Shown: piece after piece, positions 24,383 through 32,504 of the stretch
How the letters are laid out: every line of letters begins with the position of its first letter
How positions within the stretch are numbered: the stretch's first letter is position 1
DNA from: Methanolinea sp.
GTDB lineage: Archaea; Halobacteriota; Methanomicrobia; Methanomicrobiales; Methanospirillaceae
Length of the DNA stretch: 64,000 nt
Direction of reading: 5' to 3'
Assembly: GCA_030055515.1 (NCBI GenBank)
Contig: JASFYI010000002.1
Span: forward strand, 63,290 to 127,289
Position numbers and translations under genes: made by a program
Notes under the pieces: generated by a model
The model's database searches: none
What the model was told of the DNA's origin: nothing
The model's input: only the letters and a program-made list of their open reading frames with translations

Positions 24383-26662
24383 TCATGGTTTTTCCGCCGC
24401 GGGCACCGTGTTCTTCCCTGGGGAGCGCGGGGGAGGGGGGGAGAGGTACCCCTCGATGGTTCTCCTCTTCAGGAAGAGGGCGAGCAAGGCGAGGAGACCG
24501 GCGAGCGTGCACGCTTGAGCGACCCTGTAATCGAGGGGTTCAAACGTGAATTCGACCCTGTCCGTCTCCTCCCCGAGTGTGCCCGAGACCATGTTCCCGG
24601 CCGGTTCCGCGTCCCTGCCGTTGACCTTCCACCCGGGGTAGTAAGCGGTCTTCAGGACGGCAATGTCGCCTTTATTGAAATGCCCCCTCAGCACCACCCT
24701 GTCGGGCGCAAATTCGTCGATGCACCCCTCGACGAGAACCCCGCCCCTCAGCACGAAGGCGTTCGGCAGGACATGCTCCATCCTGTAGAGGGGGACGCCT
24801 GCGACGACCATGGGGGTTCCCGGAAGCTGGACCGGGGAGCCCTCGAGCGCCGCCGTGTCGACGACCCAGTCCACCGTCGCGTAGGTGACGTTCCCTACCC
24901 GGTAACTCACTCCCGGTGTCCCCTCCAGAAAGTACGCGTAGTAAGCCCGGACGGGGTGGAGGCCATTCTGTACGTACCAGTAGGTGAAATCGATGTGCTG
25001 GAACGGCCAGCCCGTGTCGAGGACCCAGACCTGCCCCTGTCTCTCCGACATCTCCGCGATCGCCGACGCAACTGTCTTTCCCGGGCTCTCCCCGAGCCGC
25101 GGGTCAGAGTCTGCGAGGAAGCCCGTGCAGCCCCAGAGGGTCACGAAAAACCCGGCGAGGAGGATGACGCAGAGGGGACTTTTCGCGAAGGCCCTGAACC
25201 CCTCGCGGTCGGCACCGTACATTACGAGGACGAAAACTCCCGCCATCACGAGGATCTTCGCGACGTTCAGGGGCTGGAGGACCGGGAAATTCTCCACGAG
25301 GACCACTGCCTCGATGAGGAGGGCGGAAGCGAGAAAGAGGATAAGGTTCCTCTGCGTTGCCCTACCCGAATAGAGCAGCGCGAGGAATCCCCCCACGAGG
25401 ACGAGCGAGAGGATCGCCTCGGCAGGCGGGACCGTCTGGAATGGCAGTTCGAGCAGCTTCACGAGGAGGACTGTGGCAACCCCAAAGAGAACCCTCTTCT
25501 TGGCCGCGATGTCGGGAACGATCGCCCCGGACTGCCGGAAGGATGCACTCGCCTTCAGGAATCCTTCCACCGCGAGGAGGATGACGATGGGGACTACCGC
25601 GGCGAATATCCTCCCGGGGCAACGGAGGGACGCAAGGCCGGGGAGGAAGTGGATGAAGGAGAGGAGCGTGTTTCCCCCGTCTGCCCACAAGAAGGCGAGC
25701 ACGATCGCGAAGAAACCGGGGACCGCGAGCGAACGGCGCCCGAGTACGAGCCCGAGAAGCGCGAAAATGCACAGGACCGCCCCGACGAGGACGATGCTCT
25801 CGTGCAGGCCGTAACGGGAATTGATCGTCGTTCCGAAGATGAAGGAACTCAGGTTCCGCTCGAGGAGACCGCCGCCCGAGAGGGGGTCGATCGGGTCGAT
25901 CCTCACGATGGAGCCTGACACGAGGAGGGAGGGGATCCACTTAATCGCCGATAAAAGCCCGGCGAGCGCGATTCCCGCAAAGATGCAGAAAGATGCCTTC
26001 CTGTCGACCGTCTTTTCCCACAGGCCAAACAGGAAGAAGATTCCAAGGACCATCGCCGCGAAGATGACGTAGTACGTCGTCCCCGTGAAGACCAACAGCG
26101 TGGCGACAACAGCGAAACACGCGATATTTTTTATTTTGAGGTCCCGGAACAACGCCATTTTGAGAGAACAGGAGTAGAGGAGGGGCAGCCACGCGAGGGC
26201 AAAGAGGATGACTGTCTGGCCGAGCCTCGCGAGGACCGCCCCGGAGAACGCGTAGGAGAGGGAGAAGACGAGGAGTACCCTCTCGTCCCGGGTGACGAGG
26301 GTCCCGAGGGAGCGGAAAGAGAAGAACGCGATGACGACGTGGAGGAGGAGGACGAAGTTCATCACCGTGATGTCGCGGGTGACGAGGAAAAAGGGGAAAG
26401 AGAGCGGGTAGTAGAGATCGAGGATGGGCCCCGCGTAGTCGGGGAACCCCGTGATCCACATGTTGTTCCACAGGGCGCCGGGGTTTGCAGCGTGGAAATG
26501 GTAGGGCATGGAAAGCTGGAGGATGTCGTGGAACTGCGCGATGAAAGCCCTGCTCAGCACGAAGACCTGAGGGAAAAGGATGAATGCGAAGATGACGGGG
26601 ATGACCAAATAAGGGAATTTCTCTAAATGGAGAGATCCGGGTCTATAAAATTTCAAGTCCAT
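24383..26662 (-). CDS. Large polytopic membrane protein, YfhO-like GT-C-type glycosyltransferase candidate
   Basis: Trimmed to ATG 26662 (MDLKFYRPG), about 759 aa. More than 12 predicted TM helices, then a soluble domain with a YYPGWKVNGRD motif like YfhO-family C-termini, and a final TM anchor. Confidence 0.55.
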   Translation of the reverse strand: MDLKFYRPGSLHLEKFPYLVIPVIFAFILFPQVFVLSRAFIAQFHDILQLSMPYHFHAANPGALWNNMWITGFPDYAGPILDLYYPLSFPFFLVTRDITVMNFVLLLHVVIAFFSFRSLGTLVTRDERVLLVFSLSYAFSGAVLARLGQTVILFALAWLPLLYSCSLKMALFRDLKIKNIACFAVVATLLVFTGTTYYVIFAAMVLGIFFLFGLWEKTVDRKASFCIFAGIALAGLLSAIKWIPSLLVSGSIVRIDPIDPLSGGGLLERNLSSFIFGTTINSRYGLHESIVLVGAVLCIFALLGLVLGRRSLAVPGFFAIVLAFLWADGGNTLLSFIHFLPGLASLRCPGRIFAAVVPIVILLAVEGFLKASASFRQSGAIVPDIAAKKRVLFGVATVLLVKLLELPFQTVPPAEAILSLVLVGGFLALLYSGRATQRNLILFLASALLIEAVVLVENFPVLQPLNVAKILVMAGVFVLVMYGADREGFRAFAKSPLCVILLAGFFVTLWGCTGFLADSDPRLGESPGKTVASAIAEMSERQGQVWVLDTGWPFQHIDFTYWYVQNGLHPVRAYYAYFLEGTPGVSYRVGNVTYATVDWVVDTAALEGSPVQLPGTPMVVAGVPLYRMEHVLPNAFVLRGGVLVEGCIDEFAPDRVVLRGHFNKGDIAVLKTAYYPGWKVNGRDAEPAGNMVSGTLGEETDRVEFTFEPLDYRVAQACTLAGLLALLALFLKRRTIEGYLSPPPPRSPGKNTVPAAEKP

Positions 26663-26888
26663 ACCGGAGTCTTCACGCCGGTCACCGAGATAAGAATTCC
26701 CTTTTCGCCGGGCGATACGGGGATTTCGCGTGCGAGGTGTAAATGTCCATCGCAGAACCATTTCCGTACCCGCCTCTCTTCGGCGTGGACGGAAAAACAC
26801 CTCGTTTCTCCCCCGGGAGGTATTCGTCGTTGGTATCCGGACTATATACCTGGGTCGGTGAGGAACCAATATATGTGGTACAAATCGG

Positions 26889-26898
26889 ATAATAATAT
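26889..26898 (+). promoter_or_regulatory. TATA-like box (ATAATAATAT) for the flippase-like/methyltransferase gene
   Basis: Centred about 27 nt upstream of ATG 26920, suggesting a leaderless transcript. It lies in a 257-bp AT-richer divergent spacer. Confidence 0.4.
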
Positions 26899-26919
26899 GG
26901 AATAGAGACGGTTTTTCTC

Positions 26920-28566
26920 ATGGGAAGCGACCGCGCAGGAAAGATTATCCATTTTGTCCAGATTGGCCTTGCCATCGCGATCATTCTCGCGATCTTCTCG
27001 TTTATCTCTGCGTCTGAATTCCTCGCAATTATCGCCTCGATAGACCTCCGGTTCTTCCTCCTCGCGCTCGCCTGCTACTTCTGCAACAATCTCCTCATGG
27101 CCCTCAGGCTCAAGCGGCTCCTCGCGCACCAGGGGAGAAAAATCAGGTTTAAATTCGCGTTCTGGGCCCACATGGCAGGAATGGCCCTCTCTGATTTCAC
27201 TCCCCTACGGAGTGGCTACCTCTATACTGCCGTGGTACTTGACAAGAGAGGAGTCCCCCTCGAGACAGGCACGGCAACGATCACGTCGACGTACATCTAC
27301 GATCTCCTCTTCAAAATCTCGATCGCGCTCCTCGGACTATGGTACCTCTACGCGACCCTCATCTCCCCCGGACTGTTCGCGGTCACCGTGGTGTTTGTCA
27401 CGTCCATCGCCGTGATCCTCGCCTTTTACTTCCTCGCGCTCTATCCCCCGCGAATGGTGCGCCATTTCGCCGAGAAGTGGCGGTTGGGTTCCAAATTGCT
27501 CGCGATAGGCGAGGAAGGCCGCAAAATCCAACAATTCGTTCCCTTCATCCTCTGCATCGCCCTGCTCGGCTGGCTCCTCCGCGGCCTGCAGTGGTTCTTC
27601 GTGGGCATGTCGCTCCACGTGGTATTCCGGGCCCCCTACGACGCATTCTTCCTCTCGCCGCTGCTCACACTCTTTTCCCTCGTCCCGCTCACTCCCGCAG
27701 GACTCGGCATCCAGGAAACAGCGATCATCACGTTCTTCTCTCTCATCGGGATACCGATTGCACTCTCGGCGACGTTCGCACTGGTGGTCCGGGGAGGCGA
27801 GATCCTCGTTGATGCGTGCGGGATTAAGGGATTTTTTGTCCGGTCACAGGATGAATCGGCATTGAAAGCCCATTACCAGGCATTCCCGGGCGATATTGAC
27901 GAGAAGGCATACAATTCCAACCTCCTCGTCCAGCGTTATTTTCAACGCAGGAAGACCGAGATGATAGAAAAATCCCTCGATTCCCGTGGCGGGGTCCTCC
28001 TCGACCTCGGCTGTGGCAGCGGAGTCCAGATTGCCGCGGTGCGGAGAGAGTACAAGGGGGAGGTAATCGGAATCGACTTGAACAGGAATGCCTTGCTCTA
28101 CGCGCGGGGGAAAAACATCCCGGGGGCATCCTTCATCCTCGCGAATGTCCACCATCTCCCAATCCGCGAGGGCTCCGTGAACCAGGTCATCTGCTCGGAG
28201 CTAATCGAGCACCTCCCGAGACCTGAAGCAGTCATAGGAGAGATCCGCAGGGTCCTCGTCCCCGGTGGGGAAGTCGTGATCACGACACCGAACGAGCGCT
28301 CGATCTGGGGTCTTTACGAGCTCTTGTGGGACGTTTTCGGGCACGGGAGGAACTACGGGGAAACCCACCTCCGATTCTTCTCGGTCCCCGAGTTGTCTTC
28401 GCTCTTCTCGGATTTTACCTCTCGTTCCTCCCGCACGATCTTCTTCCTCTCCCCCGTCTTCGCACTCACGAATTCCCCTGCCTTCCTCCGCGCGGGACTG
28501 AAAATCGACGAGTTCTTCGAGAGATGGGGATGGGGTGTCTCGATCGTCTTCCACGCGAGGAAATGA
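26920..28566 (+). CDS. Fusion: flippase-like membrane domain (LPG-synthase-TM/UPF0104 type) plus class I SAM-dependent methyltransferase
   Basis: 548 aa. The N-terminal ~320 aa is polytopic with RLKRLL...FAFWAHMAGMALSDFTPLRSGY (UPF0104-like). The C-terminal ~220 aa has SAM motif I VLLDLGCGSG and a post-I acidic residue (VIGIDLN), Methyltransf_11-like. Confidence 0.75.
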   Translation: MGSDRAGKIIHFVQIGLAIAIILAIFSFISASEFLAIIASIDLRFFLLALACYFCNNLLMALRLKRLLAHQGRKIRFKFAFWAHMAGMALSDFTPLRSGYLYTAVVLDKRGVPLETGTATITSTYIYDLLFKISIALLGLWYLYATLISPGLFAVTVVFVTSIAVILAFYFLALYPPRMVRHFAEKWRLGSKLLAIGEEGRKIQQFVPFILCIALLGWLLRGLQWFFVGMSLHVVFRAPYDAFFLSPLLTLFSLVPLTPAGLGIQETAIITFFSLIGIPIALSATFALVVRGGEILVDACGIKGFFVRSQDESALKAHYQAFPGDIDEKAYNSNLLVQRYFQRRKTEMIEKSLDSRGGVLLDLGCGSGVQIAAVRREYKGEVIGIDLNRNALLYARGKNIPGASFILANVHHLPIREGSVNQVICSELIEHLPRPEAVIGEIRRVLVPGGEVVITTPNERSIWGLYELLWDVFGHGRNYGETHLRFFSVPELSSLFSDFTSRSSRTIFFLSPVFALTNSPAFLRAGLKIDEFFERWGWGVSIVFHARK

Positions 28567-28642
28567 GGGAGGACTGGATCCCGGCCACGGCGAGGAGCAC
28601 CCAACCTATAAATTTCGACGACGCGAAGGGAATGAGAGGATC

Positions 28643-29521
28643 ATGAATTCCCGCGGGAGCATGAGAAGCGAGATACACGGTTTTTTAGCGAATCCGGGTA
28701 AATCGGGTGGACCCTGCGACTTGACGGTTCTCGTGCCGACATACAACGAGAGAGAGAACGTGGAATCGATTATTAGCGCGGTCAACCAAGTCTTCGCCCG
28801 GTCTGGCATCCGGGGCCATATCCTCGTCGTCGATGACAATTCGTCGGACGGGACGATCGACATCGTCAAGTCCCTCATCCCCCGCTACCGGAACTTAAGT
28901 CTCCTCGTGAGGCACGAGAACCACGGCCTCTCCCCGTCCCTCTACGATGGTTTCTCCCTCTCCCCGTCAGACTACATCCAGTGTATCGATTGCGACTTCT
29001 CGCACCCCCCCGAGCTCATCCCTGAGTTTTACCGGTGTCTCAAAGAAGAGAATAGGGATATCGTCATCGGAAGCCGCTATATCCCGGGCGGTGGATCGGT
29101 GAACTGGCCGCTCATCCGCAGGATCCTCTCATACGGTGCGGCAGTCCTCGGGCGGTTCGTCATCCCCGTTGTCCACGACTCGGGGAGCGGTTTTTTTGCC
29201 ATCAACCGGAGGGTTCTGGAGGGTGCTTCCCTTGCCCCCCGGGGCTTCAGGATGGGATTCGAGATCCTCGGGAAAGGAAACTGGAATTCTGTCAAGGAGA
29301 TCCCCTTCATCTTCCGGAACCGAAATCAGGGAAAGAGCAAGCTGAAGCCCCGGATCATCCTCCAATTCCTCATCCAGATAGTGGGCATCCTCCACTACAA
29401 TTTCATCCTGGAGAGAAGCGGGAACATCGTCAGGGCGTGGAAGATGCACCTTTCTCGATCCCCCGCGCATCGTGAGCACGGGGATCTCCCGGGAGGGATT
29501 CCGCCGGGAGAGAAAAAGTAA
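28643..29521 (+). CDS. GT2-family polyprenyl/dolichyl-phosphate sugar synthase (Dpm1/GtrB/ArnC-like)
   Basis: Trimmed to ATG 28643. LTVLVPTYNERENV, VVDDNSSDGT, DxD-type CIDCDFSHPP, GSRYIPGG, and a C-terminal hydrophobic helix ILQFLIQIVGILHYNFIL. Confidence 0.85.
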   Translation: MNSRGSMRSEIHGFLANPGKSGGPCDLTVLVPTYNERENVESIISAVNQVFARSGIRGHILVVDDNSSDGTIDIVKSLIPRYRNLSLLVRHENHGLSPSLYDGFSLSPSDYIQCIDCDFSHPPELIPEFYRCLKEENRDIVIGSRYIPGGGSVNWPLIRRILSYGAAVLGRFVIPVVHDSGSGFFAINRRVLEGASLAPRGFRMGFEILGKGNWNSVKEIPFIFRNRNQGKSKLKPRIILQFLIQIVGILHYNFILERSGNIVRAWKMHLSRSPAHREHGDLPGGIPPGEKK

Positions 29522-29554
29522 TGGGTATGACCCGGGCATACTCTGGTGATTTAA

Positions 29555-31057
29555 ATGGGACGAAAGAGTAAATCAAGAGCATTTGAGAAGCCTGAACAAT
29601 CTCCTTCGCGCGATGCCGTTGATGTCCCGGGAAGCTCTGTACAGGGGACAATAAAAATAATTTTCGCGGATTTTTGGCTCCCTGTACTTGCCGCACTCAC
29701 GTTGGCCGGTGCAACACTCCGCTTCTATAAACTCGATTTCAATTCCCTGTGGCTCGACGAGGCCTTCACCTACAACGCTGCGAAGGGTTCGCTCGCGGAG
29801 ATATGGAACACGATGGAGGTGGGGGATTTCCACCCGCCCCTCTTCCACTGGATCGAGCACTTCATGCTCGCACTCGGGAACTCCGAGTTCATCCTCCGAC
29901 TCGTTCCCGCGATCGCGGGGATATGCACGATCCCGGTCTTCTACCTTGTGGGAAAGGAACTCGCGGACGAGAGGGTCGGCGTGATCGCGGCAGCACTGCT
30001 CGCATTCTCCCCCTTCCACATCTACTATTCACAGGAGGCATACTCCTACTCACTGGTGCTCCTCGTCTTTTCCATCCTCCTGTATTCCTACCTGCGCGTC
30101 CTCCGCACGGGTGAACGCCGGTTCTATATAGCGGTCGGGATACTCTCCGCCCTCGCGTTCTGGATCCATTTCTACACCGCGATTCCCGTCTCCTTCGTGT
30201 ACATTCACGCCGTTCTCCACGCGTACTGGACGAGGGGATCCTTGAGCCTCGAATCACTGAAGGACGTGTTTTACTCGGGTCTTACCTTCGTCGTTCTCAT
30301 CTCTCCCCTCATCCCTGTCGTCATCCAGCGCTATTTCACGCTGACCGCGAGGCCCCCGACGTACGGCGTGCTGGGACTCCCCCTGATAAGCGAGACGTTC
30401 ACCAGGTTCTCGTCGTTTTCCCCCATTCTCGCCATCCTGTTCGTTGTCACCTTCGCGGCGGGGGCGTTATTCCTCTACCGCGAGAACAAGTCCACCTTCG
30501 TGCTCTGGGTGATCCTCATCTCCCTCCCCCTCCTCCTCTCCGTCGTGCTCTCTTCGAAGATGACGATGAACCCGCGGTACCTCATCTTCCTGCTCGCCGT
30601 GTTCTACCCCGGCATGGCATGCGCGTACCAGTGGACGAGAAGGTTTTCCACGAAAAAATGGGTCGTATTCTCCTTCATCGTGCTGTTTGCACTGTGCTAT
30701 ACTCCTACCCTGGTCTCGTACTACAGCGGGTACACGAAGGAGAACTGGCGTGACCTTGCCAAGATAATGGAGCAAAAGACTTATCCCGGCGACATCATCG
30801 TGCTCGTGCCGTCGTACCTCGAGCTGCCATTCAAATATTACTACAAGAATGAAACGGACGAGACCGTCCTCCTCGGCGCGAGCAGTGTGCGGGAACTGGA
30901 AAGGATAACCTATTTGCGGGGAAACAGAACGGTCTACTACATCATGACGGGAGATGTATGGGCAGCGAATCCGGAGGGCGATGTCGTGAGGTGGCTAGAG
31001 AAGAATGCAACCTACAAGGGGACACTCACCCAGATTCATGTCTTCTCTTCCCCCTGA
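29555..31057 (+). CDS. ArnT/PMT-family (GT-C, GT39/GT83-like) glycosyltransferase
   Basis: 500 aa polytopic. First loop LWLDEAFTYNAA...GDFHPPLFHW (acidic DE motif plus HPPL typical of PMT_2/ArnT proteins), with a C-terminal soluble domain. Confidence 0.8.
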   Translation: MGRKSKSRAFEKPEQSPSRDAVDVPGSSVQGTIKIIFADFWLPVLAALTLAGATLRFYKLDFNSLWLDEAFTYNAAKGSLAEIWNTMEVGDFHPPLFHWIEHFMLALGNSEFILRLVPAIAGICTIPVFYLVGKELADERVGVIAAALLAFSPFHIYYSQEAYSYSLVLLVFSILLYSYLRVLRTGERRFYIAVGILSALAFWIHFYTAIPVSFVYIHAVLHAYWTRGSLSLESLKDVFYSGLTFVVLISPLIPVVIQRYFTLTARPPTYGVLGLPLISETFTRFSSFSPILAILFVVTFAAGALFLYRENKSTFVLWVILISLPLLLSVVLSSKMTMNPRYLIFLLAVFYPGMACAYQWTRRFSTKKWVVFSFIVLFALCYTPTLVSYYSGYTKENWRDLAKIMEQKTYPGDIIVLVPSYLELPFKYYYKNETDETVLLGASSVRELERITYLRGNRTVYYIMTGDVWAANPEGDVVRWLEKNATYKGTLTQIHVFSSP

Positions 31058-31899
31058 ATCATTTTTGGCCCCCTCAGCACCCGCAGCAGTTCCCGTTCGT
31101 CCCTGACGACCCGCGACGGGACCTCAAGCATCAGGTTCACGTGCTCATGTGGCCCCGCCCTCCTGAAGTCCGTCCGCAGTGCGACGACAGGGATTCCCCT
31201 CGCGCAGGCGTACCCCATCTCCCACGCTGTTCCCGAGTCCGCGTCCGCCCCGTCGATGATCGCGACGAGGACGTCGCTCCTCTCGATCTCGGCGCAGCAC
31301 CGCGAGAATATCTCTCGCATCCCGTGCACGTCGCGGTGGCCACTGTCGTCGCCTGCCTCCTGAGGGAGGAAGACCGAGAAATAATGGGACACGAGGAGGT
31401 CCCGGATGTACGCATTGTACCGCCTCTCCGCGGCCGAGAAGAGCGGCGCGGCGAGGTACACGCGGTACCGGGAGAAGTCGGTGACGTCGATCGCCGGGAT
31501 GTCGGAAAACATCCGGAGGAACACGCCCCTCCCCTCCCGGAGGGCGGGACCCGTCCCGTCCTCCCCGTAGTACGTCGTGTCCACGCCGCAGGTCGGCGAC
31601 GAGTTGACCCCGACGATGCAGAGCGGGGGCCCGCGGGTCCTCACAATCTCCCTCACTTCCGCCGCGAGCCTCCCGAGGAGGGCGAGGAATTCCTCCCTGT
31701 TGAGCCTCTCGAGGAAAGTCCCCGGTTCCCTCTCCCTCCCGAGGAAGAGCGTTTCAGGGCAGGGCAAGTCGACGATCTCTATCCCGAACTCGCGGCACCT
31801 CTCCCGCGCCCGCTCGAATGCCCGCAGGTCGGATTCCCGCGTGATTCCCCTCGCCCTCAGGCCCGGGTCGCTGATGCAGGGGCAGGCCAGCACATACAT
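31036..31899 (-). CDS. Fusion: Cys-rich DUF523/TudS-like domain plus nucleoside 2-deoxyribosyltransferase-like domain
   Basis: Trimmed to ATG 31899 (MYVLACPCISDPGL). N-terminal half: ACPC, LPCPETL, NSSPTCGV, GRGVFLRMF parallel the TudS/DUF523 Cys ligand blocks. C-terminal half: VYLAAPLFS...E...IIDGADADSGTAWEMGYACARGIPVV is NDT/Rcl-like. Confidence 0.6.
   Translation of the reverse strand: MYVLACPCISDPGLRARGITRESDLRAFERARERCREFGIEIVDLPCPETLFLGREREPGTFLERLNREEFLALLGRLAAEVREIVRTRGPPLCIVGVNSSPTCGVDTTYYGEDGTGPALREGRGVFLRMFSDIPAIDVTDFSRYRVYLAAPLFSAAERRYNAYIRDLLVSHYFSVFLPQEAGDDSGHRDVHGMREIFSRCCAEIERSDVLVAIIDGADADSGTAWEMGYACARGIPVVALRTDFRRAGPHEHVNLMLEVPSRVVRDERELLRVLRGPKMIQGEEKT
31062..31066 (+). 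terminator. Oligo-T tract (T5) 5 nt after the ArnT-like stop
   Basis: TGAATCATTTTTGG. Archaeal terminators are short T-runs. It lies within the 3' end of the convergent gene, so support is weak. Confidence 0.25.
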
Positions 31900-31930
31900 T
31901 GATACAATGTGGCCCCGCAGGGATACATAG

Positions 31931-32422
31931 ATGATCCGGATCCTCGCGTTCCGGGACGACAGCTGCGATCCGCGGAAATGCACCGTAAAAAGGCTCGAAC
32001 GGGCTGGCCTCGCCACGGTCGTCCCGAGGATCTCCCGCCTGCCGCGAAACACCCTCCTCCTCGACCCCACCGCCGGAAAGGCCCTCTCCCCCGCCGACAG
32101 GGACAGGAGGACCCTCTCTGTCCTCGACTGCTCGTGGGAGGTGATCGACGGCATCGGGCTCTCCTCGTTCCGGTACCGGAGGGCCCTCCCATACCTCGTC
32201 GCGGCAAATCCCGTCAACTTCGGCAGGCCGTGGAAGCTCTCCTCCGTCGAGGCCATCGCCGCGGCGCTCGTCATCCTCGGCGAGAGGGAGCAGGCAGAGA
32301 CAATCCTCAAGGTCATCCCGTGGGGTCCCCGCTTCCTCGAGCTGAACGCTGAGCCCCTCGCGCTCTACGCGAAGGCGCGTGACAGCAGCGAGATCATCGA
32401 AATACAGAGCCTCTTCTTCTGA
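31931..32422 (+). CDS. tsr3: 16S rRNA aminocarboxypropyltransferase Tsr3 (DUF367)
   Basis: 163 aa. DSCDPRKCTVKRL, LDCSW, PYLVAANPVNFGRPWKLSSVEA are near-invariant Tsr3 motifs. Confidence 0.9.
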   Translation: MIRILAFRDDSCDPRKCTVKRLERAGLATVVPRISRLPRNTLLLDPTAGKALSPADRDRRTLSVLDCSWEVIDGIGLSSFRYRRALPYLVAANPVNFGRPWKLSSVEAIAAALVILGEREQAETILKVIPWGPRFLELNAEPLALYAKARDSSEIIEIQSLFF

Positions 32423-32504
32423 CGCGAAAGAGAATCCGTCCCGCAGGGTTCCCCTCGACAGGCGAACCACCCGCACCGCTCATTCCGTTCGGTCCGGCGC
32501 TGCC

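Noticed and set aside
23441-25918. 825-aa plus-strand ORF opposite the EF-Tu-like and YfhO-like genes
   Set aside because: It is antisense to genes with clear domain II and polytopic-membrane signatures, and is a highly charged low-complexity translation. The same reasoning applies to the other long antisense ORFs in the track (for example 1408-3207, 5675-6853, 6684-7685, 14419-15816, 20827-21762, 21042-22802, 40823-42322, 46071-47426, 51282-53168, 53660-55510, 60696-62162).
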